The position numbers and the translations under genes were made by a program. A stretch of 63,810 nucleotides of DNA, the filler included, from Choristocarpus tenellus KU-1152 (Eukaryota; Protista; Phaeophyceae), in the NCBI GenBank assembly GCA_964200185.2. It is 4 parts of 4 records of this genome, joined end to end, with 100 filler letters (N's around TTAATTAATTAA, not from the genome) between each part and the next. Parts side by side here need not be neighbours in the genome. Positions count along the whole stretch, not along the records: positions 4,482 to 16,740 come from CAXNAD020001906.1; positions 16,841 to 40,699 come from CAXNAD020000234.1; 2 more parts are not named here. One strand, written 5' to 3'. Each line of letters starts with the position of its first letter. Position 1 is the first letter of the stretch. This document shows positions 13,538-35,099 of this stretch, piece after piece. Under the pieces are notes generated by a model that saw only the letters and a program-made list of their open reading frames with translations, was not told the DNA's origin and ran no database searches.

Positions 13538-13782
13538 ATTATTCTGTTGGTGATGTTACTGCCGTCACCTTCAATTTCAGTCGTCAGAAATCTTGATTTT
13601 AGTCTAAATTGTAAGCTACCATGATTTTCTGGGTACATGCAATTGTACCATAGACTGATAAGAATTATTATTCTGTTGGTGACATTGCTACCGTCACCTT
13701 CAATTTCAGTAGTCAGAAATCTCCAATTTAGTCTCTAAATTGTAATCTATCATGATTTTCTGGGTACATGTAATTGTCCCAT
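13538..13782. repeat. Tandem duplication, ~129 bp x2, upstream of VPS72
   Basis: ATTATTCTGTTGGTGA...CCGTCACCTTCAATTTCAGT...CATGATTTTCTGGGTACATG occurs twice. Confidence 0.85.
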
Positions 13783-14192
13783 GTCCCTCCACCTTCTCCC
13801 TCGAATCTTATACTGGGCCTGGCTCGGCGTCGCTCGGCAATGAAGCCTCACCACCTTGTTCTTGGTCTTGTGTTTTTGTGGTATAACGACGTCCAGGTGC
13901 AGTTTGCAATCAGAAATAGTTCCTGTGTAGAGTTACGACGATCGAAAGTAGAAAAGAACTAGGACATCGATAGGGTTTGAACCCTCGAAATTCATGGGAA
14001 GAAATTGCCTCCTTCAACATTAAGCCACGTATACTACAGTATAAATCTACACGCGAAAAGCGCGACTGGTGTGGAAAAATATGAATTGATAATTGATACA
14101 TCCCTTCCTCAAAACACTGAACTCACTGCTCGTCCAACGAAAAGACAGTGTCAGGGTTCACTAGGACAAGCTCGATCGCTCCTTCTTCCAGA

Positions 14193-16740
14193 ATGGAAAA
14201 CAAGAGAAAAGCTAAGGCTCTTCATGATGCCGGAGCTGCTCTTTCGGTCAAACTGGATGCGAGGTCAACTCGAGGAAAGCGCATGGGCATCCTCGTGGGC
14301 GAGGATGCAGAAGCAGACGATGAATTCTGGGGGCAAAACGCTTGGAACGAGGCGGACGATTCGGATTTCTCTAGCGAAGAAGGTGCAAAACATGTGCTGC
14401 CAGTAGTTGCTGCTTATCTTGAAGGGTTTCAAGGTTTTTTGGTAGCATATTTGGTGTATTCATATGTGGCAGAAACGTCCATCCGAATCGACTACTATCG
14501 CCATGAGCACCTCTTCTCACTTGATCTCAGCTCCGCTCCTTTTAATTCTCTTCTGCAGAGAAACCGGATAAGTTTGACAGTGATTTCAACGATAGTGAGG
14601 ATGAGCAGGAGGAGGATGACACCGAAGAAAAAGCGTTACGAAAGGACGAGCGCACCGAGAAGGTGCGACTCTGATAGACATCAGGCAGACGTCCATGTAT
14701 CGACTACTTGCACCTACAGTACACCACTGACAATGTAGGTCGATCCTAGATTCCTAGATCTTACGCCCTCATCACCGAACTGCGCCGGCACATCCCATCG
14801 AGCTAAATTTTGTAAATCCCATTCGTTAGAGATACAGGCTCTTTCCTTGCTACCTCAATTCCAACGAAGTTCTGGAACCCAGAGAAGTAATACCTGACCT
14901 CCTAGCCACACTGGACAATACACACACACACACACACTATTGTATTGGCTGCCATGAACACAGCGCAAACGCTCCGCTGGAGCAGGAAGTGGTGTGTACA
15001 GGGAACCCAAACGTTTCGCCTTAGGAGTTGGTGCAAAGAAGGCGCAACGTGACCCCCAGGCAGCTGTTACTCAGACTCCTTCCTTAGTACAGACTGCGAA
15101 TTATCCTACTGGAGGGAAGGTGAATATTGTCGGGGGGGATAAAGGTGCTGAACGCCATTCGCCTCGTATCGTGGAGATGTTCGCTCCAGTGCAGAGAAGT
15201 ATGAGGGCGAGCACCAAGAATAAGGTAAGCAACGGGGGGTTTCTGTGGAGGTCGGACTTGGTACAGCTGTATTGGTGGCCTCAAGGTCATGTTGGCAGTG
15301 CAGGTTTTGTTTTCTGTTTTGCTAGGAATGATGACCAAGTTCTGTGCCTTGTGCCCACATTGTCGATACGCCTGCTGTTCTTGTGGCCGTCTTTCGGTGC
15401 ATGATGCATCCTACACAATTCTCCTTAACCTTGAAACCTACATGTGTTCCGCAAATAGTTTCAAGGGTGCAAAGCGCATTTTTTGATGTATCACAAGCCA
15501 ATACCCAAGGCATGGGTCAAACGAGCAATACCTACATCTATCTGTATGAAATCTGCATGAGTTTAGACTGAAGACAGCATTAAGGTGCGGCAAGGGGAGG
15601 CCAAGGCCAGGGCAGCACAGCTGAAGAGATTAAAGTCACAGCCTAAGCTCAAGGGCCAGTTCACACAAGAGCAGCTACTACTTGAGGCTATCCAGACAGA
15701 GGTGAGGTAGTTGGTATTCTTCAAAGGTTTTGTGCCTTTTTCAGGAATGGCAATTGGAATAGGAGATGGTCATGGGCGGGGTAGATCTAGAATAGAAAGG
15801 TCTGCACTCTTTCCCACTTCACTTATATTTTGTTTTTGCTCTATGGAGTGCAGGAGTGGGAGTTTAGTTCCCTTCTATGGCTTGAATACTGCTTGCCTAT
15901 CATAGTGGGCATCTGTGCTCTGTCCTGAGCCAGGCTGTATGTAGCTCAGATGGAAATTGCCATTTTTTTTGTTTTGATGAATGAAAGGCTCAGAATTTTG
16001 CAGTGTTCTTTCCAAGGCATGCATGTAACAGGGATTTCCAGAGTGAGAGTTTATGCCAATATGACATGAGACTGTTTTGCCAGAACAAGAATCTACCTAC
16101 CTACCTTGTATGCATGTTAAAAGGTGGGATGCATCGATCTTCTCCTTTCCTGTGGTGTTGATGGATGGAGTCCTGCTTTTTTTCAATTGACTTCCGATCT
16201 TCCACAAAATCTAAGCATACAACAAACAAGTAAAGAGCACAACTCGTTATTCCACAGCCTTGGTATCCACTCCCTTCACATGTTGTGTATGCCCTCTGCA
16301 TGCATCTCTCTTACTCAAAGCCCCTACCATGACAACCGCCTTGCAGCAAGAGAATGTGAGATGGCTCCTCAAACAGCAGCGGATGGAGGATGAGGCTAAG
16401 GAGGATGAGATGAGACCCAAGAGTCACAAACCCCTTGCGTCTCGTGTCCTGTCTCGAAGAGGCTCTCCGAAGACCATTCTATTCCCGGGGGTTGACCTCG
16501 TGCCAACTGTTTTGCAGCACCCTGCCACACTGCCTCGGCCTGCCACCCCGGCCGTGTGCAAGATCACTGGTGGACCAGCAAGATACAGGGATCCCCTCAC
16601 AGGACACCCCTTTGCTGATGCTGATGCTTTCCGTGAGTTGAGGAAGAGGTTTGGCCCGGCTGCCCGCAAGCGTCAGAGAGCACAGCGGGAGAAGGAGGGT
16701 CTTGGGGCTGCATTGGGGGGGGGGACTGGTGTTGCGGGGG
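14193..16740 (+). CDS. VPS72: SWR1/SRCAP subunit Vps72/YL1 (H2A.Z chaperone), 3'-truncated at gap. Exons 14193-14382, 14559-14662, 14964-15224, 15567-15701, 16347->16740
   Basis: YL1 motifs RSTRGKRM, acidic FDSDF, YREP, FTQEQLLLEAIQTE.EN and the YL1-C motif CKITGGPARYRDPLTGHPFAD; GT-AG junctions keep the frame. Confidence 0.9.
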
Positions 16741-16840
16741 NNNNNNNNNNNNNNNNNNNNNNNNNNNNNNNNNNNNNNNNNNNNTTAATTAATTAANNNN
16801 NNNNNNNNNNNNNNNNNNNNNNNNNNNNNNNNNNNNNNNN
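16741..16840. other. Artificial contig-joining spacer
   Basis: N-run + TTAATTAATTAA. Confidence 0.97.
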
Positions 16841-16841
16841 C

Positions 16842-23597
<6,756 letters not shown>

Positions 23598-26249
23598 TTC
23601 AAGCTTTCAAAGATATACTTACTCAGTCTGGTGAAGTAATCTTGCTCATGGAGTAGAAGAAAAGTAGGATACTGCACAATCTGCAAGACACATCAATTGG
23701 CATATTTGGTAACCATGGAGCCAAAAAGGAAGTGATGACAGTGGGTGCATTTTGTGAGTGAAAAATGGTAGGATAGACCTCAACTACCGATGGCCATTCA
23801 AGACTAGTGAAGTACAACTAGTGGAGTACAACTAGTGTAGTACAACTAGTGTATTATGATGTTACGTTACCATCATGAGCCACAAGATTTTTGCATCCAT
23901 CAAGTACTTGTTCCCTGTTTACACATCTTATTATTCCCACAAGTAAATATAAAATGATAAAAGGATATCAACATGTACATGCCACATATGGGTCGAGGAT
24001 ATGCCAAGCAGTAGTTGAGGAATGGAGGCAAGCAACAGATGTCCAAGTGAAAGACAGTGGTATGGTTTGGAATTGATCTATAATAGAGAGAGGCTTGCCA
24101 CTGCAGTCCTCCTGGGCACCTTGGCAGGGAGAGGATACAACAGCCTGTTTGGTGAATATTGAGCGATAGAGTGAAGCAGAACACCCTTTATACATCTAAC
24201 AAACCTTAGTGTGGTGATTGTGTGATGCAAGTCATTTAATCTACATGAAATCAATTGGTGTACATCTTAGAGAGGTGTGTATACATTATGCACCTTGATA
24301 AATTATTTGCACATGATATGGGTACCAAATATTAAATTTCCAGTGTCAGACAAACATTACAAATGGATAAGGCTTTGAACTATGCTCAATAATCAGTAGA
24401 CATAAACTTCATGCGTTTCCACATGGCTTAATTTTACTAGAGTGTTGCAAAACAAAAAAGCAAGGCGCTATATATCGGTCAAGGAAGAGTATTTTGGGGC
24501 AGAATGGAGCACACAACAAACGTGTCCAGGTATACCTACACCACTCAAAATGGATAGACCTGTTGGCTTCCCCTCAATCTTCCCTTCAAACTTATACTGG
24601 ACCTGCCCCGAAGTTTCCACCTTGATTGACCTTGGTCCAGTACAGGTGTACAATCCGTTGAGCTTGCTAAATGGAATAGTATAATTGAAACCAAATTTGA
24701 GTGAAAACAGAAGAGTCATTGAAAGGTTTCTAACTGGATGAATCAGTGCGGTTAGCTGATACCTTAACCACTGACTGATCCATGAGGACATTCCTTGTTG
24801 GATGCTGGCAAAAACGTGCTTGTTTGGTGTTTGTATGTGGAATGAAGAGGAAAAATATTAATGCCTATCTATACAAGGAATAGTACTTGTAACTTTGGAA
24901 GAAGGGAGTTCCAAACAGATACAAATGAAGAAATTTGATGTAACAATGCAGAACTGTGCACTTCTTTTGAGAACTGTGCACTATCCCTTATCGTTGTTTT
25001 TGTAGTCAAATTTATTATGCAATTTATTTTAGCCCTTACATGGAGGCAATTCAAATTTCAGCACTTTCACCACAGTTCTGTCTCAGTCAGTTGGTTCATG
25101 CAGATTTGTGGAGCATTCTTTCAGAACGATAGAATTTGTCTCCTTTTCCATTCCTCAACTCCTTCAACGCCACATGGTCACGTTCTGGAACCATTTAGTG
25201 ACCTTGAACTATTGTCGACGAGCAGACATTTTAATGCTTTCAATCAATAAATGCTCCACCACAGATGAATAAAACGTAGATATGTAACTTTTCAAACGGT
25301 ACAAGCTTGTACTATCTTTGATGCTTGTGTGCAGTTTTGCACATGTTCATTTGTGTTGCTCAATGCATAAATTGAGATCCACCAATGATGGCTACAATTG
25401 TGAGTACCACTGAGAATGGGAATAGAAATGGGAGTCTGCTGGATGTCATGGATGACATGAAAGAGTAACATTGACGTATATCATTATTAATTGGTGCATC
25501 ATCAATGAAATCTTACTGCTATGTAGGTGTTACAGAAAGTGGATGGGATCATTTTAATTTGCTGGCCCCTTGAAAAATCCTGGTAATAGCTGATACTTTT
25601 ATAAAAATCAAATCCATCCAAATGCATATGCATCGCAACTTTTGCAAGCTCTGTTCTTGCCTGGGAACGACCCAAATGATAAACCCTCTGGACAAGGCTT
25701 AGTTCTTAGATGTATTGGGTGGCGTGCAAAGTTTGAGGCGGTGAACTGTCATGACCGTGGAGGATCACCAGTGCAAAGTTGACCCAGTCGCATTTGACAA
25801 GGTTCAGAAACCTTGTGAAACTGTCAAGTGGGTGTTTATTGGGATGCCTAGGATGAAGGCCCCCCATCATTCGAGTGGCTCATTCATCCCATCATCGCCT
25901 GTCCGTCCCAATTCTTCAGATCAGAAGTGTGTCTAGGGTCAGGACTCAAGCACCCTGATGAAGAACAGTGTGGTGGCATGATGCCTGGAGACAAGAGGGT
26001 GTGAGACTCGGATACCACTGGGGACAGTGGCAGCCATCGTGGAGGACTTGGGAGTTTCCCGAATAACTAAGTTCCATCATTTGAAGGAGTAGACAACCAG
26101 ATTGCATGGGGTGAGTGCATGGACCTTGTAGAATGTTGCAAGGGGCTATGTGGCTACCGTACAAGTATCTTTAACTTTTGGAATATCCCATCGGTACACT
26201 GCACATCCTACCACATCCTACCACATCCTACCACATCCTACCACAAATG

Positions 26250-27245
26250 GGCTGCTGCTAAAGCTGGGGTCTCCCTTGCCTTGTTGTGGTGTCTGCACAA
26301 GCACGATAAGGTAAAGAAGGTCACGTGGTGGATTAAGCCAGTCCTCTTAGACCAGCAGAAAGTCAACAGGGTGGGTGGGTTTTGTGATCAATCACAAGCA
26401 CAGGAGGGGGGGAAGGGGGGTATTAGTAGACAATCTCTGTGACTGGTGCATGTGGATGAGAAGTGGTTTTACATCCTCAAAGATGGGATAGGTGTGTACC
26501 TGCACCACACTGAGGAACCCCCCAACCCCCCATGGGCACAGAATAAGCGTTACATTATGAAGGCAATGTTCCTTGCAGCTGTGGTCAGCCCTAGGAAGCT
26601 CTCTAATGGGGTGCAATTCAATCCAAAAATCGGGATCTGACCAAACAATCATGGACACTACAGTCACTAGGTCCTCCAGCTAACACCATCCCAACGGCAC
26701 CAAGATGCTTGTGCCACCCACATTGGATGGGGAGAGGTATAAGAAGCTCATAATCAAGGATGTCATCCCAGCAATCAAGGCCTGGATGCCTAGGCCGGAA
26801 GGACACACCATCTTTGTGTAGTAGGACAAGACAAAGCCACACACCAAGGGAAGGATTATGGAGGCAATCAAGGAGGCAGTGGGGGATGACATCGTCATAG
26901 AGACCCAGCTAGCCAACTCACCTGACTTCAACGTCAACGGCCTGGCATTCTTTCATTCCATCCAGCAACTAAAGCGAGACTTGGGGGTGACCAACACAGA
27001 GGAATTGGTGGAGGCCACAATGGAGCGTTCCGTATTTATCCTTGGGAGACACTAGAGTGCATCTGGCAGAGCCTCTTCGCAATCTACAGTGAAGTGCTGG
27101 GGTCCAAGAGTGGCAGCGTCTTCAAAATTCTCCAACTTAACCAGGAAAAGGCTGAGAAGGTAGTCAAACTCCCTCCAAATGCCCTGGTGGATGCAACAAA
27201 ATACCGTGGTGGAGAGGACGTTTGGAGGACTTTGGAGTTGGAATC
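26250..27245 (+). pseudogene. Tc1/mariner (DD39D-like) transposase pseudogene
   Basis: VHVDEKWFY...QNKRYIMKAMFLAAV..PR...KIGI, then degenerate QD...H and QLANSPDFNVNGLAFFHSIQ; multiple stops and frameshifts. Confidence 0.88.
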
Positions 27246-30200
27246 ATAGATAGGTGTAGGCTGTCCCATTTTGATTGAGATTTGGTGGGCAACCTGTTAG
27301 TGCCTGCACAACGCACCCATAAATATGAACGTATGAAAAAAAATCTAGCTTCTTCATTGGGTCTGCAAAAGTTATGTTACATTTAATTCCGAACATAGGA
27401 AGTAATATACTAAGTTGATAAGATTGCATATCAGTACAACAATGGCCCCTTCATCTTCAGGCCACGTCAACGGTAGATTTGAGATATTCTCAATACGTGT
27501 GTCAGCATCTTCTGTATGGTGTGTCTATTGCATGTATTATCTAGAGTGTCTTTTTCAAGCACAGTAAGGATACCTCATGCTCTCTTTGGTGATGAATTTC
27601 GACTTAGTTGTGTTTTCTCTTTAGGTATCCACTTTCTTTCTCATCATGTTTTTCACATTGACTATTCCCATTTTTTAGTAGAAAAACACATTGCACCCCT
27701 TTCTAGGCACACACACCCATTGACTACTGCTGTATGAGATCATCATGGTATTCACACCACATACTGTAGTAGTACTCAATATAAAATACTCTGGAGTATG
27801 TGCATATATAGCCTCTCTTCATAGGTAATATAATATTATGCATACTGGTGTTTTGCAGCATGTTTTCATGGATGGGAACAAGAAGCTACATGAAATGTGG
27901 AGAAAACGACAAGTATGATGACAACAGTGTAGTGCTTCCAGTAAAGGCCTTCTGATGCACCAAATGAAGTTGTACATTTGAAAAAAATAAACCAACTCAA
28001 ACCACATTATGAGTATATATGCTTATTGCCTGGAAATCTGTTTGTCTGAAAATAACCAAAAACATATTCTGACTCAAACTCCTCAACTAACACTGTGAAA
28101 TCAATTTAGAACAAGCAAAGAGTCCCACAAGCCCAACTTGCCCACTGACTGAGTGCCTTTAGCTTGAAATGCATGACACAAATGAAATCACCGCTTGTGT
28201 TGTGATGGAAACAAATGTAGGTATGCCTTAACTCCCTCCCAGTTAAAATCCACATATCTCCTACCATCCACTACATGATGAGTCGCCACTTCATCCAGAA
28301 ATTGCTCTGCTTGTGTACCAAGATTTCCAAAGCTATTGACCACGAAAATGTTAAGGTTAAAACTACCAGGGTCAACAGATCCCTCGCACTGGTTTAGCTT
28401 TTGGGCCTCAGCTGCAGAAGTAGGGACACTTTTTCGATTGACGAGCCTTACAAATGGTTGTTTGCTTGAACCTTGGCGAAGGCCACATCAAGGAGTAGAC
28501 CCCTTCCTGTTAGGGGGCAGTTGTGCATTTGGCATTCCCTCAGCATGGAATACTGTATCGTAAGGAAATTTCTATTATGAAGGGACTCCCGTCCTCCTGA
28601 GTGCAAAAGACGCCCATCTGCCTGCAGACACTGTCCAGTAGCCTTACCATAGGTGTGTTTTGCCACATTTGTCCTCCAGGTTTAGGTCATGTGTGTGTGT
28701 GCCATGTGTACACTGTCTTGTGCATCCAGCCACCAGGAAGTGCCAGGACAGAATATCCTTTACCTCCATAGATCGATTCACTGTGAGGGGGAGTTCTGGG
28801 GATGGGATCTGCCTTGTTGTTTCCAGGGGTTGAGTGGCTGCCCATGCATTGACCCCTTGCCCACACTGGCTCTTGTGACATCCTAAGGCCATTGGAGAAG
28901 ATTTGCTACCAGGTCTTGGGTTCATGGGAAGGTTTGCTGGCTGTCTGCGAAACACATCGAAGTTTACCCTGTTGAGGAGGGTGATCTCATACTGGCCCCG
29001 TCATGGTGATCCTCTTGCATCATGTGCTGCCATAGTGTGGACTTCTGAGAGTTGTACTGGAGAGGATGTACTACCCCAGTCTACCCAGCCTTGGCCCAAG
29101 ATTGCAGTGGTAAGTCGCAAATTCCTCACCAGAAATCCCTTTTTCTGTCTTGTTAGGAGAGTGAGGACAGTGGCTGCTAATGATCCTACAAAATTATTCA
29201 TTGTGCTTGATCATGGATGGGGAACAGGTTTAAACCTCCTGCAGTGGCTAGCACTTGACATATGACATACCTCTCCTCCAGAAAGTGGGGTTGGTAGGCC
29301 ACAGTTGGTTATTGTCACCCAAAGAGAGACACCACCATTCCCCAACTCTACACCTATGGTTTCTAAATTGCCCTATTGTTGTCTCCCTCCATCATAGCCC
29401 ATAGCCCCATCCTAAGGTTTGTTCTTATCAGTCATAGGTGTACGATTCATGCTAGCAATAGCATTATCTTCAAGAGGTAGAGTTGTGCATTGAAAAACTT
29501 GCCAAGCATATTGTATTCCTCCATGCCATAACTACTATGCTTGTATGTGAGTCCAAACAATTCTCTTGTCTCTACCATTGTTCTCCTGTGTTATAGTGTT
29601 GGTAACCCATACACTTCATGAATGAGTGAATGGGTGAGGCACTTGTGTACATCGACATTTTTCTTATTTTCATAAATGTATCACCCCAAGACACCAACTC
29701 AAGGTGTGATGTTGCAGGGAGTTGAGTGTGACCAACAGGATTGAGGACTGAACCAGATCTCAATACTAACAATAATTGAAAGGCAGGAAAGGTTACCATT
29801 TGGAGGATCTTGAGAAATTACCTGTACTCAACAAAAATTCAGAAAAAATACAAAGTACAGTTTCTGTCCATGCCAAGTGGCACCCACATTCTGAACAGCA
29901 TTGTGTTCTTCAAACCCCAATGAAGGTCCATATATGACCAATCAGTAAACTGGAAAGACACACTACCCCACACAAAAACAAATCGTATCAGAACACTTGA
30001 AGTCAATAGTCATCTCCCAATAGTTGTAGTAGTTGTGCAAATATGATAGTTGTGGGTTGAAAGATCTTCTGAGCGTAAGTTAAACTGACTCAAAACTTTC
30101 ATTGCACTCGATTATGATTGAACTGTGTGCAAAGCACATGGGGCGAGGCACACTTCGCAAGACTGTGCACTGAGTGACGTAGGGTAAAGGCCCCCATAGA

Positions 30201-32420
30201 CTGTGAGGCGACCTGATTAAGGCAAATTTTGTTTCTGTCATCTTTTTGACCACTATTAGATACAATTTGATGTGATGCCTGACATAATTGTTTTACATCT
30301 ATCATGTATGTTGACATGTGTGTGTGGCAACACAGTGCAGCTACAGTCTTCAGGTAGTATCGCTTTCTGCTGTCTTTCTTGGCGGCCTCCCATGCATCCA
30401 CCTTCATCCAGGTGTTCAGAAGGAAGACATGGAAGTGCAGATAACCTGGGTCCAGCGTCGTCTGTTCCTTATTAGGTCATAAAATTTTCAGCAGTTGAGA
30501 GCATGTACTCTTGAGTCTCCTTGTTGTGTAGAAGAAATGGTCAAAATTCTGCGGGCAAGTCTTATTAGGCACAGAAATTTCGAGCTCCTTTCCTGCCACC
30601 ATTTGGGTTGCTTGCTGTATGCTTAACTTTTCTTATCATTGTTTGGAGCCCTCCTCAACCTCTACATATGTTGCTTCCTCCATGTACTCCCTGACTGTGT
30701 GTGTGTTCCAATATCCTAGCACCACCACTTGAACTCCCCTAACACATTCCAAGAGAAACTCTTACAAACCCCTTGCATCATTTATGGGAAGGGTGCCCCA
30801 CTCATGACGGGGCAGTATGTGAACCTGGGCTTGGTTCCACCACTGGAATATTCTCTGCCTCCTGTACTCTATGCTCCTTCTCCACAATGACTAGAACTTC
30901 CAACTCCATTTGCCTACAAATATCTTCGTCGTACTCGCTGTCCGGAATCCCATCAGAATTTTTGATGTGAGATCCAGAAAAGTAGGCAGTACATGCTTCC
31001 ACTCAAACCCTCTGGGCTATCTTTTCTCATCCTGAGATTACTGCAGCAGTACTCCTCCTATGTACCAAAGCAGTTAAAACAAACAGGTATCATTACGCTT
31101 GCACACTATCACAGAATAGGTATCTTCTTCTCCTTGTTGAATGGTATACAAAACACACACTACATTGATCTATGCAGATATGGGTTGCGATATGGTGGTC
31201 TTCCTCCTCCAGAGACAATCAAATCTAACCATTGATGACTCACTGTCTGTGCCTTAAACACATGTTGTGTACCTTCACCTCACCCCTCACCTTCCTTGCT
31301 ATCATTCTCTACACACTGAAGGGTGTATCCTGCAGATGGGTCGACATCATACTCATGTTGGTACCCACCCTTACCAAGTACCTGGGCACATCACGTGTTA
31401 CTATACAGTATAGATATTTTTATCTTGCATGTGTGACTATTTGTGTGCATGTGTTTGTCTTGATCTCCTCCAAATATTCCATGGAAGAAATCCCCCTCAA
31501 AAAAATAACCATATCCAAGATTTTCTGATAAAATCGAATTGGACTGATTCAATTGCTACAATTCACACTACAAAAATATGACAATATTGTATGCCATCCC
31601 AACTGGGGTAAATTATCCTTAACCCCCACATTAGGTCCATGCCTTGCACCTGAAATTATAATGTAACATCTTCAGGGTTGAGAAAAGAAGTGACACAAAA
31701 TGTGAACTATTCAAAAAGTGACATGAAATGTATTTATCTAAAAATTTTCTGGCGTTGCAGACAAAGAGATCGGAAGACAGAAAACACATCTAAAAATACT
31801 ACTGATCCACATAAAATACCTTGCACTAAGATCCTTAATTCATGTGCAGTGGGGCATGTTACGCGGTTGGTAGGTATGGATCTATAGATGCTGGTTCAAC
31901 ATACCTACCAATCAGAAAACCGTGAAAAGAACATGAAAGAGTACTCCTTATGAGAGGATTGCACATTTTTATGGAAAGTCTACAAATCCTAGGAAGTGGC
32001 AGAGTAGGTTGACTCTTAAATATGAGGTGTGCAGTGTAAGACAAAGGAAGCGCATGAACACTTTGTAGTGTGGGGTGGTGCCTAACACAACTATATTACT
32101 GTGGACAACCTGTACAGGGGATCCTAGTCTATGAGGTACATAACCCAGTGCTGTGATATGTAGCTCAGTGGACACGTTCCAAATTTTTACAGTGGAAATC
32201 CTGGGATCACAACTCTACATGCAAAACGACCTACATACACATTGGTTAATTGGTATGTAGACATCAAGATGAGTGGGAATGGGGTGACCCTTTCACTGGC
32301 ACCATCCAATGAGAACCAACACATTGGCTCACCCTGCTGAGTACCTTGACTTGTCAGGTTCTCTTGGATAAGACAGGAAACAAAACAAAACTCCATGTCC
32401 ATTTCCCTCCACATTTCTCA

Positions 32421-34808
32421 TTAGATCCTAGCACTAAGAGAGAACTGATCATAAAATGATATTGCATCCTCCAACCACATAGATGCTGTGCTCTCATGCA
32501 ACACTGCCACTGCACGTGCAGGACATCCACTTAGCTGCTCCGATTCAACGATAGAGATTAAAGGAAGGGCAAGGGTGAAGCAGCCAGGTTAGGAGCACAT
32601 GCATAATATTTGACTACTGAAAAGAGCATCAGCACGCTTGAATGAACAGTCAGAACCAACGTGTACAATGCAGGATGTACATGTTTGGTGTGTAAGGGTA
32701 AGGGAAAGGGTCATGTAGATGTTTTCTTGGTGCACTTGTTAAGGTCAATTCTTATCATTGACTGTGACAACTTGAGTACGAAAGAAACTGTCAATGTAGT
32801 AGTTGGAATAACTTACCACTGTGAAGGGGGGCACCACAGTTCCCTCAGACAAAACTGAGCCAGGTTCCATCCGGCAGTTGTCTCGTATCAAGCAGTTTCG
32901 CCCCTGTGTATCCAGGCAGAGACAATAGGTCAATGCAACAAAAACCGAAAACCAATAGGAGTAAGTGAAGAAGATACAATATCAAAATACACCTATTTGT
33001 TGTCAACTTCTTTCTTTCCAACCAATAAATTTCCTGTTTAGTGTTTAAAAGTACAATGTGAGAGTGCTAAGGTTGCAATGCCTTGAAGGGAATGGAAAAA
33101 ATTGTGCTTAGAGATCTACCATGATTAATATTCAATCTGACCACGTTAAATATGTGTATTTCTTGGAAAGTGGCAAAAGAGTATCACTATCAAGAGGTAG
33201 CATACTATAGGTATCTTGGGAATGATGGGTGAAGGCAAAATATGGACCCCTAGAAGTGATGTGATAGAGGCGTCAAGAGTCAGAACCAGCCCAATCCAGA
33301 TATAACAGGAGCACATTGCCTACAGCACCCAGGGGAATACCCAAAGTCTTGTTCTCTGATGTCACTTTAGACAGGGAAAAACTCACTATGACACATCTGT
33401 CACCAATTCGCACATTGCACCCAATTGCTGCTGCTTCCACCACACACTCCTTTCCTATAAAAGTATGACTTCCCACAGAGAGAGGTGTGAACCGGCATTT
33501 TGCTTGAGGTCCATCCAGCTCAATCCTGACGAAATGGGACATCAAAGGCAAGCAGATGACAAAAAAATATCCGAGTAAAGATCACTCTGGTCACATGGTT
33601 ATTACTCTAGGAGGGTCGTTACAGCGTCCATCCTTGTTTTGATTGAGAAGGTCAACATCACAATAGTTCCCAATCATTAGACAGCGACGCAAGTGTCCCC
33701 ACTATTCAGATGGAAAACGCCCTTCATTGTCACATTCCTAATATTGTGGGATAGGATGTGACACTAACAGCGTTCGAGATAATGTACTCAACCATTGCAC
33801 AAACTTGGAACCCACATCAACAACTTTAATGCGTCTCATGGATGCTCTGAGAGCTTTCCTGAAAAGTGCATTGTCTACCAGGATGCATAAAGTGTACTCA
33901 ATCCCGTCAGACACTTGAAGTTGGCATGAACGCCACTTGCGTGTCTGATGAATGTCGACTAGTTGTGTGCTGTTACTTTTGCTATCTTAACACATTGGAG
34001 TTGGATATTGTGTTGGTTAAAATTGTTCACTCTATCCTTGAAATTTAAGACAGTTCTTCAAATCATCATTTTTAATTTCACCACGGTCTACATTCACTTG
34101 TTGCGGAGTATTTCTAGACTCTTCCAGACACTCCACCAAAATACGTAACAGATCCCAACTGATGTTGAGACAACAGATCCATCTTGATACATCTCCCACC
34201 AATCTTTGCCTGAAGTTTACAGCTGTATTCGAAGGTGGGGCTTGACAGCTTAACATGAGTGAGATTCGAAAGAAGAGATCAGAAATCTATGCCATTGTTG
34301 GGTTATCAACTCTGTTACGCTGAGGAGTATCCGACGAAGTCAGAAAAAAACAGAGAAGACTCGAACCGTACTGCGCCCCTAGTGAACCAGAGGTGAATAC
34401 ACACCTGTAGGCTGGTCGGAGCACAGTTCCCTCGCCTATAACGCACAGTCTACCTACTCGTATTGCCTGGAGTTCCCCTCGGATGATTGCCCCTGGCATA
34501 ATGATGCTCTTCCAGTGATACGACCAGGTGTGGGGCATGGATAAGATGTTAGAGTCGCTTTGCTTAATAACAGGTCAAAAAAAGTCACGTGACTGCCCCC
34601 CCCAAAATTACTTGCGAACCAGGTTGAGGCAGGTACGTTTCACCGCCCCCAACGGTTGTGTTCTGCATGGCGAGAGATTTGGTCTGTAGCAGTTCTTACA
34701 CACCAACATACCCACCTTGCCTTTCAGATATAGATTTTGCGATCCGTGGACCTTGGCATTTAGACTAACTAGGTCATGGGTGTGTGTCCGAATGTACTCT
34801 GGTGCCAT
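32421..34808 (-). CDS. DCTN5: Dynactin subunit 5 (p25), left-handed beta-helix protein. Exons 34808-34716, 34508-34405, 33525-33387, 32903-32817, 32534-32421
   Basis: EYIRT...VHGSQNLYLKGKSIIMPGAIIRGEL...LRP...VEAAAIG...VVPPFTVLSGCPA matches p25; frame-consistent splice sites. Confidence 0.92.
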
Positions 34809-35099
34809 GAGGGAGGCTGGGACTGGGTGAGGCAGGTGGAGAATGGTGATGGTGTCATATTGCCTTGGATAATAACAGCTACGTAGCGCTATGTAGCAGA
34901 CAGACTATTCATCAATATGTACAGTGACACTATATTCAAAAAAATAAACTTTACCCCCCAAAATGGTCGAACTAATGATGTAATTGACAGCATTTAAAAA
35001 AAAGTTTCATGACATCACCTATAATATAATCGAAAATCGCGAAATTGTACTCTATCCAAAAGCACAACCCACACCTCGCACCACCTCACACAAAACAGG

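Noticed and set aside
14005-14738. Overlapping long ORFs as separate genes
   Set aside because: Alternate frames or intron read-through of VPS72 exons 1-2
24440-25400. Possible gene downstream of DHX16
   Set aside because: Frames are interrupted by stops and I recognise no family motif
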